Positions 50,478 to 58,500 of a stretch of DNA of 64,000 nucleotides are shown in pieces (within the stretch, counting starts at the first letter, position 1; each line of letters opens with the position of its first letter). The DNA comes from a virus. The stretch spans positions 76,646 through 140,645 of the IMG/VR virus record IMGVR_UViG_3300023184_000039. One strand, given 5' to 3'. Below the pieces are notes generated by a model that did not search any database, was not told the DNA's origin, and saw only the letters and a list, made by a program, of their open reading frames with translations. Both the position numbers and the translations under genes were made by a program.

Positions 50478-50738
50478 CTAGTAAAGTGTTTTTGGCAACA
50501 CTTTTACTAGATGCTTGAGTTCGCTCTCAAGACCTGCTCCCTCTACATTATTCAGTAGGTCAATGAGTTGGTCAAGGAATGATGCCGCGTAACTAGGTAC
50601 GGGTGTTTTTGCGACATTGGCAAAAAAACCTGTAAGGACTTCGTCAATGTCTGAAACAAGGCCGGCACCTTCACAATTCGTGATGATGTCTCGTATGTCC
50701 TCAAGGTATTTCTTGTAGTCAATTTTGGTTGTTGTCAT
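50478..50738 (-). CDS. Hypothetical leaderless protein with internal repeat
   Basis: N.EGAGL occurs twice; after motif copy 50757. Confidence 0.65.
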   Translation of the reverse strand: MTTTKIDYKKYLEDIRDIITNCEGAGLVSDIDEVLTGFFANVAKTPVPSYAASFLDQLIDLLNNVEGAGLESELKHLVKVLPKTLY

Positions 50739-50740
50739 AA

Positions 50741-50986
50741 CTACATCTTACCTATTTGGGACGCTTGTGAGACAGGTCGCTTATGCTGCTGTCTCTTGGA
50801 CAGGGCAACCTCTAAGTTGGCTCGTGTATGTGCCGTGTCGCACCTGTAGCACCTAATATCGGCATTGTAGGCATTGAGTCGTGTATCGCAATCGTGGCAG
50901 ACTCGAACTATCTTTGCTCGCTCAATCACAATTTTGTTCTTTTTTATCTGAACGTACTCAGCTGATGTTCGCTGTGGAATACTCAT
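50741..50986 (-). CDS. Small Zn-finger protein
   Basis: CHDC..LNAYN..CYRC. Confidence 0.6.
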   Translation of the reverse strand: MSIPQRTSAEYVQIKKNKIVIERAKIVRVCHDCDTRLNAYNADIRCYRCDTAHTRANLEVALSKRQQHKRPVSQASQIGKM

Positions 50987-50993
50987 TGGCTAC

Positions 50994-51299
50994 CTAACAA
51001 TTTGTCCAACGCTCGCCGGGGACGGTCAATGTGAGTTGGCAATTTTGATTTGGGGCCAGGAATATGTGTTGTCCTATTTGTAGATTTGTTCCGTACACCT
51101 GAACGTGATAATCAAGTGCTTCTTGTTTGTTGCCGTGACAATTTGAGCGAACAATATCCCACAATGTATCTCCCGATACAACAATGACTTCCACATTGTC
51201 ACAAGTGAACTCAAGACGATGTTTGTAATCACGAACAAGAAACGCACCGAACAATAGTCCAGCCGTGACACAACTCAATGCGAATAATCTCCGTAGCAT
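50994..51299 (-). CDS. LysM-domain membrane protein
   Basis: N-terminal TM helix; VVSGDTLWDI..LQIGQ. Confidence 0.75.
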   Translation of the reverse strand: MLRRLFALSCVTAGLLFGAFLVRDYKHRLEFTCDNVEVIVVSGDTLWDIVRSNCHGNKQEALDYHVQVYGTNLQIGQHIFLAPNQNCQLTLTVPGERWTNC

Positions 51300-51718
51300 T
51301 ATTTACCTACCTTTATGAGTGGGCGAGTAAGTTGATTTCGTACATTGAGTGTATCTCCGATAAACCACATACGGTCAGTACCAACTTGTAGTGCTGCGAA
51401 TGGGTACTTGCTTCGCTTTGATGCGATACCAGCAAACAAGAACTTCTTGCCGTTGCTCGTGAACTCTTTGCCGAGAATGTCACTAGGCAAGTCGTATGAC
51501 CTAAACAATTGTTTGTAGGCATCGGCATACTCGCCACTAAGCGAAACACCATTGGCATCTTTGTTGTCAATACAGAATGTCAAACCAAACTTGACGAATG
51601 TATCCGAGTAAGTCGCATTGGATTTATCAACAGAGAGTCCGTGTTTTTTTAGAACTGGCTCAAGTGCTGCGAGCATATCGGCACGAACTTGCTGAACGGT
51701 TGCTTTGGTGATTGTCAT
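51299..51718 (-). CDS. Hypothetical protein
   Basis: AAGGAG RBS after motif copy 51759. Confidence 0.7.
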   Translation of the reverse strand: MTITKATVQQVRADMLAALEPVLKKHGLSVDKSNATYSDTFVKFGLTFCIDNKDANGVSLSGEYADAYKQLFRSYDLPSDILGKEFTSNGKKFLFAGIASKRSKYPFAALQVGTDRMWFIGDTLNVRNQLTRPLIKVGK

Positions 51719-51784
51719 AACGACTCCTTGTTTAGTAGGTGATTACATCGTATCGGGTTGGGACGCTAATGAGACTTGACCAGT

Positions 51785-52120
51785 TTATGGTCGAATGAAG
51801 TTGCCAGCTTCGTGGTCAAACCACTCGTTGGACTGAACTTGGTATCCCTTTTTCCGTTTGGCATCAATGAGTTCTTTAGCAACTCTTACGGCACTCTCCC
51901 ACGAGTAGTGAGTTGAGTTGTGTTGGCGTTGAAGGTTGTAACCCTCGTTGCGACCCCAGCGAACTGAGACGTCATACTTGACGATGTCTCGGCCGCCAGC
52001 ACGAACGAAGTCAACTTGTGGACTGATGACTACTTCGTATCGCTTCTTGTATCCAGCATCACCCCTGTCTCCAGTAGATGCCGATGTAAGGACTGCTTTT
52101 TGTTGGGTAAGTGTTGTCAT
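51785..52120 (-). CDS. WGR-domain protein
   Basis: K.YEV..VRWGR.G..A..LI..KRKKGY. Confidence 0.7.
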   Translation of the reverse strand: MTTLTQQKAVLTSASTGDRGDAGYKKRYEVVISPQVDFVRAGGRDIVKYDVSVRWGRNEGYNLQRQHNSTHYSWESAVRVAKELIDAKRKKGYQVQSNEWFDHEAGNFIRP

Positions 52121-52127
52121 ACCAATT

Positions 52128-52203
52128 ACCCTACAGAGCTGGGACGCTGGTGAGACAAATGGGATTCCGGGTTTGTCTCATATGCGTCCCAAATGGATAT
52201 GCT
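52128..52203. promoter_or_regulatory. Back-to-back motif promoter pair
   Basis: Copies 52140(-) and 52174(+), both leading to a leaderless ATG. Confidence 0.8.
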
Positions 52204-52209
52204 GTATCT

Positions 52210-52665
52210 ATGACAACTTACCCGACAATCTCATCGCTACTTATTCGAGCCAATGGAACTACGGAGATTATCTCCCGTGACCTGAACGACCCTGATGGTT
52301 ACAAAGTCATCTCAACACTCGTTGCCGATGGCGGCCCGTTTGACATTGTCACCACTCGTGACAACTACACGATGTATGTAGATGACGAGGGATTACTCAA
52401 AGGTTCGCCAACAAACAATTTCGCATCGTTCATCACCAATCGGATTATCGTTGGTGATGTTCTCCTATGTGGCGAGGTCGATGACGAGGGCAACGATACG
52501 ACACTTCCAATTAAGTTGCTTGGACTTGATTTCAGTATTCTTTCCGACATCACCAATTCGGAGATAAACGATGACCTTGAAAAAATTAGGTCTGCGATGG
52601 ACTTGACTCCACAAATTATCCCAATGACCGACAAAGAGTTTTCGGACTATCTAGGTGTAGAGTAA
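52210..52665 (+). CDS. DUF3846-like protein
   Basis: MYVDDEGLLKG.P.N..AS..IVGDVLL.G..D.EG. Confidence 0.7.
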   Translation: MTTYPTISSLLIRANGTTEIISRDLNDPDGYKVISTLVADGGPFDIVTTRDNYTMYVDDEGLLKGSPTNNFASFITNRIIVGDVLLCGEVDDEGNDTTLPIKLLGLDFSILSDITNSEINDDLEKIRSAMDLTPQIIPMTDKEFSDYLGVE

Positions 52666-52673
52666 TCTCACCT

Positions 52674-53255
52674 ATGAGTACCTGTACCTGTTCAGCTTGC
52701 GGCATTGAGCAACCCGTCAAAGATGGAGAGGTGTATCCGGAGAACGGTTGGGTTCTGCCGTACGAGACTTTTGGATATTACGGCGGCTTTTCCGATGAGG
52801 TCGATGTCTTGCTCGGCCAACGTCAATCGCGCCAATGGATATTTTGTCACGACTGCATCATCAAGTTCCTGGAATTGTTCCCAGCACTAGACCAATCCAA
52901 CATTGAATACGGTTCACACTTATGCGAGTCCGATGTATCGTGCTGCAAGTGGAGTTGGAGAGGTACTGAGCTATTCGGTAAAGCCGTATGGGGCGTACAC
53001 GTGCAACGAGGTGACGGTTCCGGAGGTTGGATAGACGATGCACCTACCGGAAACTTAGATTGGATTACTGAGGCCGGCATTGACTACGAGATAAAACCAT
53101 TCTTTTCAAGTAAAGATGGATTCAGAAATTTTTGTTCCTGGAAGTGTGCCGTTGCCATGGTGTCTCAGGATGAACTGAAAATTGTCCACTATCGCAAGGG
53201 ACAAGAACGAATCTGTCCTAATTGCTTATCGGTGTTCCCAGATTGGCCGCACTAA
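52674..53255 (+). CDS. Cys-rich hypothetical protein
   Basis: CSAC..GYYGGFSD..CHDC..CPNC. Confidence 0.6.
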   Translation: MSTCTCSACGIEQPVKDGEVYPENGWVLPYETFGYYGGFSDEVDVLLGQRQSRQWIFCHDCIIKFLELFPALDQSNIEYGSHLCESDVSCCKWSWRGTELFGKAVWGVHVQRGDGSGGWIDDAPTGNLDWITEAGIDYEIKPFFSSKDGFRNFCSWKCAVAMVSQDELKIVHYRKGQERICPNCLSVFPDWPH

Positions 53256-53401
53256 CTATTCGCAATCGTGACCGTAGTTCCACTCGTTCGCATCATCAAA
53301 GTCACGAAGGTCAAACACTCTGCTGCACTCTGGGCATTGAGCCTCGTTCCCCGTAACTTTTCCAAGATACAAGTCCGTTACTGTTTTTGTTGTGATTCTC
53401 A

Positions 53402-53566
53402 TTACAGTCCTCTCGCTTCCAATAGGGCATCGACTTGCTTCTCTACTCGCGCTATTCCGTACTCGTTGCCCTCTGCCTTGTACATCAAATACAGATTGAC
53501 CAAATACTCAATCTCGTCTAGTCGTACTTTTTGTTCGGCAAAGAACTGTTTCTCTGTTTGTTTCAT
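53402..53566 (-). CDS. Hypothetical leaderless protein (54 aa)
   Basis: ATG 6 nt after the TAAGGT of motif copy 53585. Confidence 0.6.
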   Translation of the reverse strand: MKQTEKQFFAEQKVRLDEIEYLVNLYLMYKAEGNEYGIARVEKQVDALLEARGL

Positions 53567-53603
53567 ACCACCACCTTACCGAATTGGGACGCTGGTGAGA
53601 CAA

Positions 53604-53906
53604 CTACATTTTTGGCTTTTGCAGCGTCGCTTGGCAAAGCTTCACGAAGTCAATGGACAGTAGGTGCTCTCTGCCCTCGTAATGTTTTGGAGACAAAGCC
53701 CACTTGAGCCATCGGTCAAAATCCCGGAGTATGGCATCGTCTGTCTGACTTGGGTCAATGTAGTTCTTTACGAAGTGCGGCAGAGTAGTCAATCCAAGTT
53801 GTTCCATCATTCCGACAATGCCAATCATTCTGTAGCCAATCATCGTTGCTAATTCGTCATAGGTCATATCTGACCAGACCGGGTCACCTGCTCTATCGGC
53901 GGTCAT
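53604..53906 (-). CDS. Hypothetical protein
   Basis: GAGGTG RBS, ATGA coupling. Confidence 0.55.
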   Translation of the reverse strand: MTADRAGDPVWSDMTYDELATMIGYRMIGIVGMMEQLGLTTLPHFVKNYIDPSQTDDAILRDFDRWLKWALSPKHYEGREHLLSIDFVKLCQATLQKPKM

Positions 53907-54382
53907 ACGTTCACCTCGTTGAATGGGCACTCGGCAACCTCGCCGAATACATTCGCATACATCCTCTGACCTAGTTCCCAATCGGCCCAGTTCCCGTCTG
54001 ATGAGACAGTAACAAGAGAGCCGTAGATAACTTTTGCTCGGATGAGTATTGCAGTTACGACAGCATCGTATGGTTTGTATGCAGTCTTGCAAAACATAAA
54101 GTAGTTCGGGTCATCCTTGCGATACTCGGGCTGGCTTGGCAAAGCATCCCAAATAAAACTCTCGTGAGAGTAATCGGTATGCCCGTCATCTACACCGTTG
54201 AGTGCAAAGCGACCTTCCGTGAAACTTGGTTGAGTACCAAATCGACCATCCCAATCGCCCAATGCAATTCCATTGGACTGAGCGTATTCGCAAATAGCCT
54301 TAGCATCTAAAGCTAGTTTGCCGTACATCTCTGCCGAACCAAAATTGTTTGTTGGTCGTGTGACGTAGTGAGTGTAACCCAT
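53903..54382 (-). CDS. Conserved phage protein
   Basis: MGYTHY..HESF..FCKTAYKPYD..SSDG. Confidence 0.75.
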   Translation of the reverse strand: MGYTHYVTRPTNNFGSAEMYGKLALDAKAICEYAQSNGIALGDWDGRFGTQPSFTEGRFALNGVDDGHTDYSHESFIWDALPSQPEYRKDDPNYFMFCKTAYKPYDAVVTAILIRAKVIYGSLVTVSSDGNWADWELGQRMYANVFGEVAECPFNEVNV

Positions 54383-54383
54383 T

Positions 54384-54830
54384 TTATTTACCTGCCCTTT
54401 TCATTAGTTTGGATATTTCGTCTGCGATATCTCCAGTTGCTGAGGTATCACAATGTTGTTCAGTTGGGTCATCCTCAAATCTCATAACACTTACCTGACC
54501 CTCTGAACTTGCGAACTGGAGTATGCGAACTCTCTTTCGCTCAAAACTTTGAGATGGTTTTGTGTCTAGGTTTGGTGCTGCCCAACCTGTCATCACGATT
54601 GCGATGTAGTCACTTGCTCGCACGATGTTCACGGTATCGGACTTATTCATCAAAGTCCACATATCGTCATCGGTCGAGGCGAGTACGAGAGTACCAATGA
54701 GTTCGCCTTCATCGTTTATTCTGTCTGTCTCACAAATAGAGAACAGACTTATTTTGTCAAGATGGAAATTGTCATTCGTTGAGAATAATATCTCGTCAAC
54801 GTGTGCTGCCTTTTCGGCGAATGAAATCAT
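54384..54830 (-). CDS. Hypothetical protein, paralog of 56866..57327
   Basis: GWAAP..PSQ..R.RVR..SV.RF.D. Confidence 0.7.
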   Translation of the reverse strand: MISFAEKAAHVDEILFSTNDNFHLDKISLFSICETDRINDEGELIGTLVLASTDDDMWTLMNKSDTVNIVRASDYIAIVMTGWAAPNLDTKPSQSFERKRVRILQFASSEGQVSVMRFEDDPTEQHCDTSATGDIADEISKLMKRAGK

Positions 54831-55037
54831 TTATGTTCTCCAGTTTCTAGTAGGTAAATAAGTGTATCGGGTTGGGACGCCCGTGAGACAAATCCGGAAT
54901 TGTTACATCCACTCCAATAAATCACCATCGGCAATTTCGTTGTAGTCCAAGTCGTTGGCATCAGCTATCGCTTGCCATACTGCTTCCTCAGTTAGAGGCA
55001 CACTCCAGTCAATGATGTCTTGCCAGTACTTGTTCAT

Positions 55038-55310
55038 TTATGCACCTACCAATTCTAGTTCGTAGTTGTTCTTGACTTCACGATTGAACCATTGTCCAAT
55101 GCTGTCGTTGTTGGAAACGATGAGAGCGAGCGAGGCGAAAACTTCGCTTGCGGCAGAACCAACAATTTCGTAGTTCTTGCCCGATACGAACCTAATCGTA
55201 AGTTTTGCATGGTGAGTAACACCAAAGTAATCAACACGACTTCCCAAATAGGTGACTTGGTCAATGACGGACGAATTGACCGAGATGACTGCGATATTCA
55301 TTTCATTCAT
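55038..55310 (-). CDS. KTSC-like protein
   Basis: NSSVI..V.Y..L.I.F.SG..Y..SIG.WFN..VK. Confidence 0.6.
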   Translation of the reverse strand: MNEMNIAVISVNSSVIDQVTYLGSRVDYFGVTHHAKLTIRFVSGKNYEIVGSAASEVFASLALIVSNNDSIGQWFNREVKNNYELELVGA

Positions 55311-55341
55311 GGGTTTTCTCCTTGGTTTAGTAGGTGCTGTA

Positions 55342-55421
55342 ACTATATCCACTTGGGACGCTTATGAGACAAACCGGGTCAAGGGTCAAATTGTCTCACG
55401 AGCGTCCCACTCGGGTACTCT
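55342..55421. promoter_or_regulatory. Back-to-back motif promoter pair
   Basis: Copies 55354(-) and 55392(+), with TATAGT and TACTCT boxes. Confidence 0.8.
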
Positions 55422-55451
55422 GTAACTACCAACTAATCCCGAGGGGGAACA

Positions 55452-55745
55452 ATGCAACAATGGATAGCTTTTTACACCAACGACAATGCCGGAGGTGCAG
55501 ACGAATCCGATTGGTGTCTATGTGATACCGAGTCCGATGCACAAATTGCCGCCGAGCATTACTACAACACTCTGGCCGACTTCTCGCTCTACTATCGGAT
55601 TGGCTTCGCTCTTGTTGAGTGTCCTGAATCTTGGGTCAAGTCACAACTAGAGAACGTCTATGACCTCTCCGATGATGAATACTTTTGGCCAATCCCGGAA
55701 ATTACCTACTTTGCACCCGAACAAGAAGAGATGCTGGAAGTCTAA
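55452..55745 (+). CDS. Hypothetical protein
   Basis: GAGGGG RBS. Confidence 0.65.
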   Translation: MQQWIAFYTNDNAGGADESDWCLCDTESDAQIAAEHYYNTLADFSLYYRIGFALVECPESWVKSQLENVYDLSDDEYFWPIPEITYFAPEQEEMLEV

Positions 55746-55805
55746 TTGTCTCACCTGCGTCCCACTCGGGTACGATTACTTCACCTACCAAACAAGGAGA
55801 AAGAT

Positions 55806-56090
55806 ATGACAGACATAATTGCAGACTTGCGCGACTTCCACCTACGGGTTGGCAGCACGTTGCTCAACGGCGCGACTGTTGTTGCGTGTACGAAAACTGG
55901 CGAGCGAGTAGAGAACGACACTCTTGCGAATTGGATTGCGATTTGCGTCAGAGGTGGAAAAAACTTTGATGACTATGTCGTATGGCGAATTAGCGCAACC
56001 GAAAAGGGTTTCTCTGCCGAGAGTGGAGACTACTCAAAGACACTCAACGAAGCCATTGAGGACTACGAACGTCGTGGAGGGAAAATATAA
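55806..56090 (+). CDS. Hypothetical protein
   Basis: AAGGAG RBS after motif copy 55747. Confidence 0.65.
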   Translation: MTDIIADLRDFHLRVGSTLLNGATVVACTKTGERVENDTLANWIAICVRGGKNFDDYVVWRISATEKGFSAESGDYSKTLNEAIEDYERRGGKI

Positions 56091-56312
56091 TGCGTTACAT
56101 CATTGATACTCAATCGGGCACAATACTCAATTACGACTTGTGCCGCGTAGTCGATGAGGTGTTCTTGACACCCGAACAAGAAGAGATGTTGGAAGGTTCG
56201 GATTCAGACATCATTCAAGTAGCCATAGAGTCTGGGTTGGCACTTCCCTAGGGTTGTGTATACGACGCACCAACAAGTACCATCAGTAACTCACCGATAG
56301 AAAAGGGAAAAT

Positions 56313-56543
56313 ATGAAACAAGAAAAAAGCAAAAAAGTCCAATCACAGATGAGCAGAATTGCTAAAAATATTTCTGTCATTCGGACGGAGCAAAATATGT
56401 CTCAAGGGATGTTGGCCACAAAAGCCGGCATTGACCGTAAGACAGTAAATCGGATTGAGAATAATCATTACTCGCCATCGTTGGAGACGTACTTCTCAAT
56501 TTGTGCAGCACTTCGCGTCGATGTAGCAGAGCTGATGTCGTGA
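56313..56543 (+). CDS. XRE-family HTH regulator
   Basis: R..QNMSQ..LA.KAGIDRKTVNRIE....PSL. Confidence 0.9.
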   Translation: MKQEKSKKVQSQMSRIAKNISVIRTEQNMSQGMLATKAGIDRKTVNRIENNHYSPSLETYFSICAALRVDVAELMS

Positions 56544-56865
56544 ACATGAAAATCCCCGACTACTTGTCTGCCGATGACCGTGCCAAGCGAAATGCCTGGT
56601 TGGTCAAGCGATACGGAGAAGGTGTTCTAAATCATCCGGTATTTGTCAACCCTAACCCTCAAGTAGAGGTTGAGGGTTTGCCAGAAGTAACCGACCAGTC
56701 AATTAGCTCCACCGAAAGCTAATCGACCGGGCCAGGCTCACCCCCCAACCCACCACTGTCAATCGGATTATTATTGACGGTGGTGGATAGTGGCGAATTG
56801 GTTTGTCTCACCAGCGTCCCAACCGACTAAGATGTCCTTACCTACTAGAAATAAGGAGAAATGAA

Positions 56866-57327
56866 ATGAAAGTTGATGTCACAATCGCAACACAAGTTGA
56901 GGAACAGGTTTCAGAAATTCTGAAATTGCGTGGCTCATTTGACACAAAACGGGCAGAACTTTACGCTCTGACCTTTGATACCAACGGTGGTGTTTCCGTA
57001 GAACTGATTACCAGCAACGGTGATGTGTACGAACTGATTGACAGCGCCATTGAGAACAAGTCAACCGAAGGTCTTGACGGTGTTGCCGTTCTGACTTGTG
57101 GTTGGGCAGCACCACTTCCTAAAGGTGAGACTGCTGATGATGATGATGATGACCGAGTGCCACCGAGCCAGCACCCCGAGCGACGCCGTGTTCGATTGGT
57201 CATTTGTGCCAACCGTGAAGGTGTAGCAAGTGTTCTACGGTTTCAGGACACACCTAACGAAATCACGACTGACGAGGGTTCTGCTAAAGGTTCACTCGCT
57301 GACGCGATACTGGCTCTTGTCTCATAG
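56866..57327 (+). CDS. Hypothetical protein, paralog of 54384..54830
   Basis: GWAAPL..PSQHPERRRVRL..SVLRF.D. Confidence 0.7.
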   Translation: MKVDVTIATQVEEQVSEILKLRGSFDTKRAELYALTFDTNGGVSVELITSNGDVYELIDSAIENKSTEGLDGVAVLTCGWAAPLPKGETADDDDDDRVPPSQHPERRRVRLVICANREGVASVLRFQDTPNEITTDEGSAKGSLADAILALVS

Positions 57328-57355
57328 GCGTCCCAATCAAGTAAGATGAAGTCAA

Positions 57356-57425
57356 GGTTTGGTTGAGTGGGTTTCAGAGAGTTGGATAAGTTTCCAACAT
57401 AGTACGAAATCTGCTCAACCAAACC
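57356..57425 (+). ncRNA. Candidate structured 5' leader RNA
   Basis: 20-bp stem 57356-57375/57406-57425 enclosing a GTTGGA/TCCAAC hairpin, starting at the predicted +1 of motif copy 57318. Confidence 0.55.
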
Positions 57426-57458
57426 GAAGTACCAACTACTAGAAATCGGAGAAACATA

Positions 57459-57878
57459 ATGGGTTATTACGTCAGAGCATATTGCTCGCCATTCAGAATG
57501 AAGAAGAAGAACTTTGATGAGGCTTATCGCCTTATGTGCGAACTCAACAATCTTCCCGACAGTGTGAAGAACGGTGGTGGGGGCGGCGAGAAATGGTTCT
57601 CGTGGATGGATGCAAACTATCCCGAGACTTGTGCAGACTTCATAGCGATACTTGATGCATTGGGGTTTCACCCCGAGTTTGATAAATTGACTGGCGACAT
57701 TGCTGACCTTGAATACGACAGCAAGATTGGTCAAGAAGATTTGTTCTTTCGCGCAATCGGTCATCTCGTAGAGCCAAACTCATTCATCTACTGGGAAGGC
57801 GAAGATGGTGAGAAGTGGAGATGGGTATTTGATGGCAAAGGAATGTCTACACAACACGGATTGGTAACTTATGCCTAA
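57459..57878 (+). CDS. Conserved phage protein
   Basis: MGYYV..WFSWM..W.GEDGE.WRW.F. Confidence 0.7.
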   Translation: MGYYVRAYCSPFRMKKKNFDEAYRLMCELNNLPDSVKNGGGGGEKWFSWMDANYPETCADFIAILDALGFHPEFDKLTGDIADLEYDSKIGQEDLFFRAIGHLVEPNSFIYWEGEDGEKWRWVFDGKGMSTQHGLVTYA

Positions 57879-58500
57879 CTGGTGCAACAATTCACTTACA
57901 GTCAGTGGGCCGGAGGAAACGGTCGCAGAGTTTCACGCAATCGTTATCAGGGATGGTAATTGTCGACTTACCAATCATTGGCCGACACCACAAGAGCTCG
58001 TAGACACACGTGCTGGAAGTGACCCAAGTGATGAAGAAGAGAGAATTGCATTCAAGAAACAGCAGCAATCAAACTTTGACAAGTACGGTGCACGAGATTG
58101 GTATGACTGGAACATCAACAACTGGGGAACGAAATGGAGCGATTCGGATACCGAACTGCAGACGGACAATGTGAAGGGACAACTGAACTATGTGTATCAA
58201 ACTGCCTGGTGTCCAGCACGCGGTCTCATTGAGAAGATGTCAATGGACTACCCAACACTCACATTCACTGGTGACTACTCCGAAGATGGAATTGGATTTA
58301 TGGGAGCATTTGAATTCATTGCTGGAGAAATGACCAAAGAAATAACAGGCGACATCGGTGACGGTGTAATTGCTCTGAGCGATGGACAGATATTCACATT
58401 CCCACCATACGATGAGGACTCACCACTCGGTGATGACCAATGGGAAATAATCCATCAAGTACAGAACACTGCATTTGAATCTATGGTGATGTCGTTATGA
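57871..58500 (+). CDS. DUF1281/YubB ferredoxin-like fold protein
   Basis: MPNWCNN.L..WYDW...NWGTKW..TAW.P. Confidence 0.8.
   Translation: MPNWCNNSLTVSGPEETVAEFHAIVIRDGNCRLTNHWPTPQELVDTRAGSDPSDEEERIAFKKQQQSNFDKYGARDWYDWNINNWGTKWSDSDTELQTDNVKGQLNYVYQTAWCPARGLIEKMSMDYPTLTFTGDYSEDGIGFMGAFEFIAGEMTKEITGDIGDGVIALSDGQIFTFPPYDEDSPLGDDQWEIIHQVQNTAFESMVMSL

Noticed and set aside
42521-57327. ORF-track starts upstream of or inside the motif (42859, 44459, 48449, 48483, 48761, 49265, 52111, 55352, 55746, 56803)
   Set aside because: These extensions translate the promoter or leader itself (for example MSHERP, MSHLRP, CLTSVP); downstream ATG/GTG starts with an RBS or leaderless geometry fit better
57356-57425. 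Hammerhead ribozyme
   Set aside because: GAAA is present but no CUGANGA core was found on either strand
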